57,357 nt of DNA from an uncultured Tenacibaculum sp. (GTDB lineage: Bacteria; Bacteroidota; Bacteroidia; Flavobacteriales; Flavobacteriaceae): positions 1 to 57,357 of the forward strand of contig CALISK010000147.1 of assembly GCA_938041625.1 (NCBI GenBank), given 5' to 3'. The notes under the pieces are model-generated. The model had not been told where the DNA came from, made no database searches, and saw only the letters and a program-made list of their open reading frames with translations. Position 1 is the first letter of the stretch, and every line of letters starts with the position of its first letter. Shown here piece by piece: positions 31,838 through 40,984 of this stretch. The position numbers were made by a program, and so were the translations under genes.

Positions 31838-32884
31838 ATGAAAAAAGTGATAACGTTTGGTGAGATTATGCTTCGATTAACACCACCAGAGCATCTAAGG
31901 TTTTCACAAACAAATAGTTTTGATATTGAGTATGGAGGAGGAGAATCTAATGTTGCCGTATCTCTAGCAAATTTTGATATACCAGTAGATTTTGTTACTA
32001 GAATTCCAAATAATGATATTGGAAAGTGTGCTCTTATGGAAGTAAGAAAAAGAGGAGTTGGTACAGATAAAATCATTTTTGGAGGAGATAGATTAGGGAT
32101 TTATTTTTTAGAAACCGGAGCTGTTAGTAGAGGAAGTAAAATTGTATATGATCGAGAGAACTCATCAATGTCTGAAATTACTCCAGGAATGATAAACTGG
32201 GATGTTGTTTTTGAAGATGTAGCATGGTTTCATTGGAGTGGTATAACACCTGCTATTTCCCAAAGTGCAGCAGATGCATGTTTAGAGGCAGTGAAAATAG
32301 CTTCAAAAAAAGGAATTACAATTTCTACAGATTTTAATTATCGTGCTAAACTTTGGAAATATTGCGATCATAATAGTAGACAAAAAATTATGACTGAATT
32401 AACATCGTATAGCAATATTATTTTAGGAAGTGAATATGATGCAAACATGTTTTTTAATATAACTCCAACGCCAATTTTAGGTAACATAAAAGGAGAGGAA
32501 AAGGAAAAAGAAGAGTTTATTTCTGTTTGTAATCAAATGAAAGAAAAATTCCCTAGAATAGAAAAAGTTGTTAAAACACTTCGTGAATCTATTTCAGCAT
32601 CTCATAATAACTGGACAGGAATTTTATTCGATGGAAAAAGATTATACGAGTCACCAAAATATGAAATAACAGATATTGTTGATAGAGTAGGAGGAGGAGA
32701 TTCTTTTATGGGGGCATTAATTTATGTTTTATTAAATGATAAAAATGAGAATCAAAAGGCATTAAATTTTGCTATTGCTGCTTCATGCTTAAAACACACA
32801 ATAAAAGGAGATGTAAACTTGGTAACGGTAGAAGAAGTCGAAAATTTAATGCAAGGAGATAAGTCTGGAAGAGTAGCTAGATAA
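31838..32884 (+). CDS. kdgK: 2-keto-3-deoxygluconate kinase (PfkB family)
   Basis: FGEIMLRL, GGGESNVA, DFNYR, DRVGGGDSF. Confidence 0.92.
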   Translation: MKKVITFGEIMLRLTPPEHLRFSQTNSFDIEYGGGESNVAVSLANFDIPVDFVTRIPNNDIGKCALMEVRKRGVGTDKIIFGGDRLGIYFLETGAVSRGSKIVYDRENSSMSEITPGMINWDVVFEDVAWFHWSGITPAISQSAADACLEAVKIASKKGITISTDFNYRAKLWKYCDHNSRQKIMTELTSYSNIILGSEYDANMFFNITPTPILGNIKGEEKEKEEFISVCNQMKEKFPRIEKVVKTLRESISASHNNWTGILFDGKRLYESPKYEITDIVDRVGGGDSFMGALIYVLLNDKNENQKALNFAIAASCLKHTIKGDVNLVTVEEVENLMQGDKSGRVAR

Positions 32885-32940
32885 TTATTCTTTTTAATTA
32901 ATACACATAATAATATTCGTTTCAATTTAAATCAACTTAA

Positions 32941-33609
32941 ATGGCAAGATATTCAAGATTAGAAGTTGTAAATACAATGATAAAAACAGGACTTGTTCCT
33001 CTTTTTTATCATGAAGATATAGAAATAAGTAAGAAAGTACTACAAGCATGTTATGAAGGAGGTGCTAGACTATTAGAGTTTACAAATAGAGGAGATTTTG
33101 CACATGAAGTTTTCACTGAATTAATTAAATATTCAATAGAAAATTTACCAGGAATGATATTAGGTATAGGTTCTGTTACGGATGCGGGAGCAGCTTCTTT
33201 GTATATGCAATTGGGAGCAAACTTTATAGTAACCCCAGTTTTTAGAGAAGATATAGCCATTGCTTGTAATAGAAGAAAAGTACTATGGTCACCTGGGTGT
33301 GGTACTTTAACTGAAATAGCAAAAGCTGAAGAACTTGGTTGTGAAATTGTAAAATTATTTCCTGGAGGAATTTACGGGCCTAGTTTCGTAAAAGGCATAA
33401 AAGGACCGCAACCTTGGACAATGATTATGCCTACTGGAGGAGTATCGCCAGATAGAGACAATTTAGAAGAGTGGTTTAATGCAGGAGTAAGCTGTGTGGG
33501 TATTGGTTCTAAATTAATTTCTAAAAAAATTATTGCGTCACAAAACTTTGAAGTACTTAAGAATAAGGTTAAAAATGTTATCGAATTGATAGAAAAGTTA
33601 AAAAAATAA
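32941..33609 (+). CDS. eda: KDPG/KHG aldolase
   Basis: LEFTNRG, VKLFPG (Schiff-base Lys), MPTGGV. Confidence 0.92.
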   Translation: MARYSRLEVVNTMIKTGLVPLFYHEDIEISKKVLQACYEGGARLLEFTNRGDFAHEVFTELIKYSIENLPGMILGIGSVTDAGAASLYMQLGANFIVTPVFREDIAIACNRRKVLWSPGCGTLTEIAKAEELGCEIVKLFPGGIYGPSFVKGIKGPQPWTMIMPTGGVSPDRDNLEEWFNAGVSCVGIGSKLISKKIIASQNFEVLKNKVKNVIELIEKLKK

Positions 33610-33629
33610 ACAACCAAATTATATAAAAC

Positions 33630-35189
33630 ATGTCTAGTAAACAATTATTTACAATTCGAATTGCAGCAATTGTAGCATTGGGAGGGTTTTTATTGGGTTT
33701 TGATGCTTCAGTGATATCTGGGGTGGTAAAATTCATAGAACCTGAATTTAATTTAACAAAGATACAATTAGGGTGGGCAGTAAGTTCTATAACTCTTACT
33801 GCTGCATTAGGAATGATGATAGCAGGCCCAATGAGTGATAAATATGGACGAAGAAAACTTTTAAAATATGCTGCTTTATTGTTTACTATTTCAGCAATAG
33901 GTTCAGCTTTGGCGGGTAGTTTCTTTTGGTTAATAGTTTTTAGATTAGTTGGAGGTTTAGCTGTAGGAGCTTCTTTAATTATAGCACCAATGTATATTGC
34001 TGAAATTGCACCTGCTGAAAAAAGAGGCCAATTAGTATCTATAAACCAGTTAAATATAGTCTTAGGTATTACTATTGCATTTTTTACCAATTATTTAATT
34101 CTGAAATGGGGAGATTTAGATGCTTCTTGGACACAGTCTTTAGGGTTTAAAAAATGGAATTGGAGATGGATGTTAGGAATAGAGGCAGTACCAGCTGCGC
34201 TATATTATATAGGTTTATTAATTGTACCTAGAAGTCCACGTTGGTTAATTATTCAAGATAGAAAAGAAGAAGCGTTAGAAGTATTAAAAAAGGTAGTGTC
34301 AGATACAGAAGCTGAAAATCAATTAAAAAAGGTCTCAGAAAATATATTAGAAGATCAAAATAAACAAAAATCAAAATTTTCAGATCTATTTGGTAAATCA
34401 ATGCGTAAAGTAATTGTTATAGGTTTGGTAGTTGGAATTTTTCAACAAATAGTAGGAATTAATGCAGTGTTGTTTTATGCGCCTATGATTTTTGAGCAAA
34501 CTGGTATAGGTACTGATGCTTCTTTTATACAAGCTGTTTTAGTAGGGTTAACAAATCTAGTGTTTACTGTAATAGCTATTTTTACTATAGATAAATTAGG
34601 GAGAAAACCTCTATTAGTTATAGGTATGGCAGGCATTACAATTTGTTTATTCTTATTAACGTATGGTTTTAGTACAGCAACCTATTCTTTAGATGATACT
34701 GCAATTACAAATTTTTCAAAAACTATAGGAGGAGATAAATTAGCAAAGCTTAAAGGAAAAACTTATGAAAACGATTTATTATTTAAAAAAGCTTTGACCA
34801 TTTCATTAGGAGAAGAAACTTTTAAGGCAAATGAAGGAGCTATTATAAGTGCAGGTACACATATGAATACTACATTAATATTAATAGGAATATTAGGTTT
34901 TGTAGCTTCATTTGCAATGTCTATAGGACCAGTAATGTGGGTGCTTTTTTCAGAATTATTTCCAAATAAAATACGAGGTTTAGCTATTTCCTTTGTAGGG
35001 TTAATAAATTTAGCTATTTCGTTTTTAGTACAATTGCTATTTCCTTTAGAGCTTTCTATGTTAGGTAGCACAGTTACTTTTTTATTATATGGGATTTTTG
35101 CAATTATAGGTTTTGTTTTTATTTGGTTTAAAGTACCAGAAACAAAAGGTAAATCTTTAGAACAATTAGAAGAAATTCTTGTAAAATAA
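33630..35189 (+). CDS. MFS sugar porter with an extra soluble loop insertion
   Basis: GGFLLGFD, DKYGRR, YIAEIAP..RG, QQIVGINAVLFY, PETKGKSLE. Confidence 0.92.
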   Translation: MSSKQLFTIRIAAIVALGGFLLGFDASVISGVVKFIEPEFNLTKIQLGWAVSSITLTAALGMMIAGPMSDKYGRRKLLKYAALLFTISAIGSALAGSFFWLIVFRLVGGLAVGASLIIAPMYIAEIAPAEKRGQLVSINQLNIVLGITIAFFTNYLILKWGDLDASWTQSLGFKKWNWRWMLGIEAVPAALYYIGLLIVPRSPRWLIIQDRKEEALEVLKKVVSDTEAENQLKKVSENILEDQNKQKSKFSDLFGKSMRKVIVIGLVVGIFQQIVGINAVLFYAPMIFEQTGIGTDASFIQAVLVGLTNLVFTVIAIFTIDKLGRKPLLVIGMAGITICLFLLTYGFSTATYSLDDTAITNFSKTIGGDKLAKLKGKTYENDLLFKKALTISLGEETFKANEGAIISAGTHMNTTLILIGILGFVASFAMSIGPVMWVLFSELFPNKIRGLAISFVGLINLAISFLVQLLFPLELSMLGSTVTFLLYGIFAIIGFVFIWFKVPETKGKSLEQLEEILVK

Positions 35190-35198
35190 AATGGAAGA

Positions 35199-37334
35199 AT
35201 GAAAAATTTATATTTAACATTTTTACCATTGTTATTAATGGTATTAACGATTAGCAGTTGTAAAAAAGAGAAAGATAATAAACTAGATAAAAAACACGAA
35301 TTAGTTTTATTTGATTTTGAAGATCAAGATCAATCAAAATATGTAAAACCTCAAGATGCTACTTTTAAAGTGATTAAAACTGAACAGAATAATTATTTAT
35401 CTGTGGATAACGGTTTTACGATTAAAGAAGCTGGAGTTCGTTTAGTTTCTCCAGAAAATGAATCATGGGATTTATCAACATATTATCAGGTTAAAGCTGA
35501 TGTTAAAAATATAGGAGATGAAGATATACAAGTAGAAATGTTTGTAGGCAATGACCCTGATTTATTACTTCGTTGGTTTTGTTCAGATTATATAGATCTT
35601 AAACCAGGAGAAAGTGCAACAATAAGTGTGAATTTAGCTTGGACACCTTGGATTAATGAGCCTCAAATTGAGTTTAAAGGAATGAATGGAGCGCCTGGTA
35701 AAATTAAAGCAAATTTAACAAAGGTTACAGAAATTACTTTTAACTCTAGATATGCTACGCAACGAAATAATTTTACAGTTGATAATGTTAGAGCGACTGG
35801 AAGTTATGAATTGAAAGATTCTAAAAATTTCTTCCCTTTTGTTGATGAATACGGACAATTTATTCACAGTGATTGGAAAAATAAAATGCATTCTGATCAA
35901 GAACTTAAAGAAGCAGCAAATAAAGAATTAGTTTATTTAAATAAAGGAGAGATTCCAAAAAACATAGGTAAGTATGGCGGATGGACCGCTGGACCAAAGT
36001 TAAAAGCAACAGGCTTTTTTAGAACTGAAAAAGTAGATGGTAAATGGTGGATGGTAGACCCTGAAGGGTATTTGTTTTGGACAGCAGGTCTTAATTGTGT
36101 TAGCTCTAATGACGTATTTACAGGGGTTTCAAAAAGAGAAAATTACTTTGAGTCTTTACCAAAAGAAGGAGAAGAGTTAGCAGATTTTTATGGTGAGTCT
36201 GATTTTGCAACTCATGGTTTTTATGCAGATAAATTACCTTATAAAACATATAATTTTTATCAAAGTAATTTGTATAGAAAGTATGGTGATAACTGGTTAA
36301 AAACATTTCAAGATGTAGCGCACAAACGAATAAAAAATTGGGGGATGAATACGATTGGATTTATGTCTGATTTTGGAGCTACAAGTCAGTCAAGAACACC
36401 ATATGTTGGTTCTATTTGGATTAAAGATACGCCTAAAATTTTAGGGTCTACAGGATATTGGGGGCCAATACATGATGTTTTTGATGTAAATTTTAGAGCT
36501 ACAGTAATAAAATCTATCAATTCTCAAAAGCAAGGAGCAAACGATCCTTGGTGTATTGGGTATTTTATAGATAACGAATTGTCTTGGGGATTACTTGGTT
36601 CTCTTTCTGTAGGAACTTTAAAAAGTCCTGCCACACAGCCAGCAAAAATTGAATTTATTAAAGACTTAAAAAAACAATATCAAGATATAACTAAGTTAAA
36701 CAAGGTTTGGGGATCAACCTATGTTTCATGGAAAGATATGTTAACATCTACTAAAGTGCCAAATCAAGAATTAGCAAAAAAAGATTTAGTAACTTTTTAT
36801 AAAAAGATAGTAGATACTTATTTTAAGATTATTAGCGAAGAACTTAAAAAAGTAGCACCACACCAAAATTATTTAGGCTGTCGTTTTGCATGGGCAAATA
36901 ATGATGTTGTTTTATCAACAGCAAGTAATTATTTAGACATTATGAGTTTTAATAAATATGAATATAGTGTAGAAAAAATGATACTTCCAGATGGTGTAGA
37001 TAAACCAATTATGATTGGTGAATTTCACTTTGGAGCATTAGATAGAGGAAGTTTTCACCTGGGGGTGAAAAGTGCAAAAAATCAAACCGAACGAGGTCAA
37101 ATGTATCAAAATTATATTCAGGGAGCTTTAAGAAACCCAAATATAGTTGGAGCACATTGGTTTCAATATTTAGATGAACCTAATACAGGAAGATTTGATG
37201 GTGAAAATTATAATGTTGGCTTTGTTGATATTTGCGATAATCCTTTTGAAGAGCTTATAGATAAAGTTAAAGAAACAACTTATACCATGTATGAATATAG
37301 AAGAGAAAATAACTCAAAATCTATTGAGAAATAA
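35199..37334 (+). CDS. GH50 beta-agarase, lipoprotein
   Basis: Lipobox ISSC; N-terminal CBM-like domain; FFRTEKVDGKWWMVDPEG, DNELSWG, GEFHFGALDRG, VGAHWFQY, DGENYNVG. Confidence 0.9.
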   Translation: MKNLYLTFLPLLLMVLTISSCKKEKDNKLDKKHELVLFDFEDQDQSKYVKPQDATFKVIKTEQNNYLSVDNGFTIKEAGVRLVSPENESWDLSTYYQVKADVKNIGDEDIQVEMFVGNDPDLLLRWFCSDYIDLKPGESATISVNLAWTPWINEPQIEFKGMNGAPGKIKANLTKVTEITFNSRYATQRNNFTVDNVRATGSYELKDSKNFFPFVDEYGQFIHSDWKNKMHSDQELKEAANKELVYLNKGEIPKNIGKYGGWTAGPKLKATGFFRTEKVDGKWWMVDPEGYLFWTAGLNCVSSNDVFTGVSKRENYFESLPKEGEELADFYGESDFATHGFYADKLPYKTYNFYQSNLYRKYGDNWLKTFQDVAHKRIKNWGMNTIGFMSDFGATSQSRTPYVGSIWIKDTPKILGSTGYWGPIHDVFDVNFRATVIKSINSQKQGANDPWCIGYFIDNELSWGLLGSLSVGTLKSPATQPAKIEFIKDLKKQYQDITKLNKVWGSTYVSWKDMLTSTKVPNQELAKKDLVTFYKKIVDTYFKIISEELKKVAPHQNYLGCRFAWANNDVVLSTASNYLDIMSFNKYEYSVEKMILPDGVDKPIMIGEFHFGALDRGSFHLGVKSAKNQTERGQMYQNYIQGALRNPNIVGAHWFQYLDEPNTGRFDGENYNVGFVDICDNPFEELIDKVKETTYTMYEYRRENNSKSIEK

Positions 37335-37428
37335 AAAAATAGAAAACGCCTGCCTTTTTAAATAAGTGTTTTTTTATAAAATTTAAATTGATAGTAGAAT
37401 AAAAGAAAACGATACAACTCTTTTAAAA

Positions 37429-39639
37429 ATGATTAAACTTCCCAAAAACGTTATTACAAAAGTAGTTATTGTAACATTATTTTTTTTACAAACAAGAAAT
37501 GCTACATCACAAATAATATTAAATGATACATATATAGATCAGTTGAACCCCATAATTGTAGACTATAATGTAACAGCTTCTTTAACAAAAAGAGTAGAGA
37601 TTAATTTATCCACTTTTAGCGATTATGGAAATCTTAGTATCATTGAGAATAATAGGATTATTTTAGATAACATAGATATATCAAATAGAGGAAAGCATAA
37701 GCTAAATGTTTTGGTGAAATTTTCTAAAAGAGGCAAAACTACTTTGAAATTATTAGCAAGAGGAGGAAGTTTTACGATAAAGAATTTTATCCTAAAAGAA
37801 GTGAAAAATTTAGCGTTTCCTGTATTTAAAGACATAACAAAATCAGCAGGAATAATTACAGGACCAGCACTAAAGTATGGAGGTCCTACAATTGCAGATT
37901 TTGATAATGATGGAGACTATGATCTAGTTTTGAATAATCACAACGATTCTATAAATCCAAGTAAACTATTATGGAATAATGGTAAAGGGGTTTTTAATAC
38001 TTCTTTTAAAATAGCAAGATGGAAGCGACAAGATTTACATGGGACTTCTGCGGCAGATTTTGATAATGATGAAGATTTAGATTTAATTGCGACTAGAGGC
38101 GGAGGAAATGGAACTAAACCTTCACCGCCAGATTTTTATATTAATACCAATGGTAAACTAAAACTGTCTAATGAAAAAGTAGGTGTTACTGCTGGTGCTA
38201 GAGGTAGGTCAGCTGTTTGGGGAGATTTTGATTCTGATAATGATTTGGATATTATTTTTTTAAATGAAGAATGGAATAATCCTAATGGAGGAAGACATGT
38301 AATTTATAAAAATAAAGGAAACGGAACCTTTGAAACAATTAGAGTTCCAAATTTTGAAGATGTTAAAGGTGACAGGTTTGTGTTAACCGATATTAATGGA
38401 GATAATATTGATGATTTTATTATTTACTCTCCAATTTCAATATGGCAAGGAAATGGTGATTTTACTTTTATGAACGTAACAAATGCATGGTTACCTAAAG
38501 ATCTTTTAAAGTTGGATAATATTCTAGCTGCCACAGATATTGATATCGACAATGATGGAGATTTAGATATATACTTGTCGAGAGGTAAGTCATACTATCA
38601 AGTAGCAAATAAAACTGTAGATTTTAACCCTGTTACTAAAATTATGGATGCTAGAGATGAAGGAAATAAAGGAAGGTCATTAATTAATTTTACTGCTTCA
38701 GATGAAATTAAATTATCGGAATTCGAAACGGTTTACAGGAGTACTTATGATGGAGATTTCCCTGTTTTTTTAGGGGGAAATAAAACTAAGTTTTTGATGA
38801 AAATGACAGATGTTAAAGAGATTTCAAAAAATACAGCAAAAGGATGGCCAACTATTAGAAATGAAAACGGCCTATATATAGGTTATATAGGCAAAGGAAA
38901 ATGGAAATTAGAGTCTGTTAGAAATTCAGATGTTTATTGGTCAATACATTGGACTATAGAAAATGTAGATTCTATGAAACCAATGTTTAAGTTAAATAAT
39001 AAAAATAAACAAGATGTACTCTTAAGAAATGATGGATCTGCATTTGTAAATGTTAGTAGCGAATGGAATATTCCTAAAGGAGGAAATAATTGGGGAGTTA
39101 CTACAGGTGATTTTAATAATGATGGCTTTGCAGATCTTTTTATAAATAGATTTCCTTTTTTAAAATATAGAGTTGCAGATTATATGTTATTGAATAATGG
39201 TAAAGGAAGTTTTGAAATAACTACTTCACATAAAGCTGCTAATGTTGGAAATAAGAGTCATGGAGATATGGGGCAAGCTTTCGATTATGATTTAGATGGA
39301 GGTGTTGATATTTTAGAAGGAAGTGATGAGCTTGGTACTTGGCATTTATTTAGAAATAAAAAAAGAGAGAATAATAATTATGTTATTGTAAAAGTTGGGT
39401 ATTCAAAAAAGGATCATTTAGACCCTATCTCTGCAAAAGTGATTGTGGAAACAAAAACAAAAACATTAATAAAACGTGTAGGTTCAGCTGGTTCTGTTTA
39501 TTCACAAAGCTTATTGAATATAATTCATTTTGGGCTAGGAAAAGATGAGAAAATTAACAAAATAACAATAAGATGGAGGAATGGGGAAACAAAGATTTTT
39601 AAGAATAAAAGTGTTAATCAAATTATCGATACATATTAA
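37429..39639 (+). CDS. Secreted FG-GAP/VCBS-repeat beta-propeller protein with C-terminal ASPIC/UnbV domain (CRTAC1-like)
   Basis: Signal peptide; seven DxDxDGxxD-type motifs (ADFDNDGDYD, ADFDNDEDLD, GDFDSDNDLD, TDINGDNIDD, IDIDNDGDLD, GDFNNDGFAD, FDYDLDGGVD); C-terminus SQS..IIHFGLG...ITIRWRNG. Confidence 0.85.
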   Translation: MIKLPKNVITKVVIVTLFFLQTRNATSQIILNDTYIDQLNPIIVDYNVTASLTKRVEINLSTFSDYGNLSIIENNRIILDNIDISNRGKHKLNVLVKFSKRGKTTLKLLARGGSFTIKNFILKEVKNLAFPVFKDITKSAGIITGPALKYGGPTIADFDNDGDYDLVLNNHNDSINPSKLLWNNGKGVFNTSFKIARWKRQDLHGTSAADFDNDEDLDLIATRGGGNGTKPSPPDFYINTNGKLKLSNEKVGVTAGARGRSAVWGDFDSDNDLDIIFLNEEWNNPNGGRHVIYKNKGNGTFETIRVPNFEDVKGDRFVLTDINGDNIDDFIIYSPISIWQGNGDFTFMNVTNAWLPKDLLKLDNILAATDIDIDNDGDLDIYLSRGKSYYQVANKTVDFNPVTKIMDARDEGNKGRSLINFTASDEIKLSEFETVYRSTYDGDFPVFLGGNKTKFLMKMTDVKEISKNTAKGWPTIRNENGLYIGYIGKGKWKLESVRNSDVYWSIHWTIENVDSMKPMFKLNNKNKQDVLLRNDGSAFVNVSSEWNIPKGGNNWGVTTGDFNNDGFADLFINRFPFLKYRVADYMLLNNGKGSFEITTSHKAANVGNKSHGDMGQAFDYDLDGGVDILEGSDELGTWHLFRNKKRENNNYVIVKVGYSKKDHLDPISAKVIVETKTKTLIKRVGSAGSVYSQSLLNIIHFGLGKDEKINKITIRWRNGETKIFKNKSVNQIIDTY

Positions 39640-39700
39640 AATCTAAGAATAGTCAATCGATTGTATCAAAAAAATTAATAATAATTAACAAGAATATATT

Positions 39701-40975
39701 ATGTTTTATAAAAATAGATTAAAAAAGGTTTTTAAAGCCGTTTTAATAGTTTCAGTCTTACAAGTTTCAATGTGTTGTTCTGATTCTTCAGAATCAACAG
39801 GATCTGATACAACAAATACTAAACCTGTTGCTACAGATGATACACTAACAGTTGATGAAAATAGTAGTAATGAAGTTTCTAATCAAATAGATGTTTCAAA
39901 GAATGATACTCTTGGAACAGATGGAGGAGATAGTGATAATTACAGTGTTGTAAGTCAGTCAGATAATGGAGTTGTAAGTGAGGTCAGCGATGGTTTATTT
40001 GAATATGTACCTAACAAAGATTTTCATGGGTCAGATTCATTTACTTATAAATTAACTGATGCAGATGGAGATACAGATTCGGCAACAGTATCTGTAACTA
40101 TTAGAGAGTTTATGCCATCAACAGAAGATTTTAATAATATAAATCCAGATTTTCCTTCATTTACATCTATAGATGATACAACCCCATCAGGAAAAAAATG
40201 GGTAAAATTTGAAGCAATGTCTGATGAATTTGAAGTTTGGAATGAAGCAAAGTGGTTTAAATCTACATGGAATTATGGAGTTCCAGTTTTCATGACTACA
40301 GACGCAGGAAATTCAGGTGTAACTGATGGTAATTTATGGATTAAAGCAACACTAAATGAAAGTAATGCAGATGGTAGATGGTTTCAAACTGCTAGAATTC
40401 ATTCTAAAAGTGAAACCAAATACCCAATGTATACAGAAGCTAGAGTAAAAACAGCTCATATTTCAGCATACAACACATTTTGGTTAAATAATGGAGATAT
40501 TGACAATAGAGATGAAATAGACATTATTGAAAATAACTCTAAACCATCTTGTGGTTGCCAGCCAGATTTTCCAAATCAAATGAATGCTCAATATTTTCAA
40601 GCAGATGCAAATAAAAGACCAGAAACAGTTCGAGATCATGGTAACTTTTTAAGATCTAATTTATCACCAACAAACCCTTTAATTAATGTTGGTTGGAATG
40701 AGGATTATCATACCTATGGTGTTTGGTGGAAAGATGCTAAAAATGTTCAATTTTATTTAGATGGAGAGCCAGCAGGAAGTGTTGTGGTAGGTGAACATTT
40801 AGACGGAGTAACATATGATAGAGAGTTTACAAGAGATCTAGAGATTATTTTTGATTTATGGACTAGTAGTGATAATTGGGTTGGTGGACTCCCTCCAAAA
40901 AGTGATTTAGGTGATAATTCAACAAATACCATGAAAGTTGATTGGGTAAGAACCTGGAAATTAGAAAACGACTAA
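39701..40975 (+). CDS. GH16 beta-agarase/porphyranase-type lipoprotein with N-terminal Ig/cadherin-like (Big_9) domain
   Basis: Lipobox-like SMCC; PVATDD...DSFTYKLTDADG Ig repeat; MSDEF, EIDIIE (ExDxxE), YHTYGVWW, VDWVRTW. Confidence 0.85.
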   Translation: MFYKNRLKKVFKAVLIVSVLQVSMCCSDSSESTGSDTTNTKPVATDDTLTVDENSSNEVSNQIDVSKNDTLGTDGGDSDNYSVVSQSDNGVVSEVSDGLFEYVPNKDFHGSDSFTYKLTDADGDTDSATVSVTIREFMPSTEDFNNINPDFPSFTSIDDTTPSGKKWVKFEAMSDEFEVWNEAKWFKSTWNYGVPVFMTTDAGNSGVTDGNLWIKATLNESNADGRWFQTARIHSKSETKYPMYTEARVKTAHISAYNTFWLNNGDIDNRDEIDIIENNSKPSCGCQPDFPNQMNAQYFQADANKRPETVRDHGNFLRSNLSPTNPLINVGWNEDYHTYGVWWKDAKNVQFYLDGEPAGSVVVGEHLDGVTYDREFTRDLEIIFDLWTSSDNWVGGLPPKSDLGDNSTNTMKVDWVRTWKLEND

Positions 40976-40984
40976 AAAACACCA

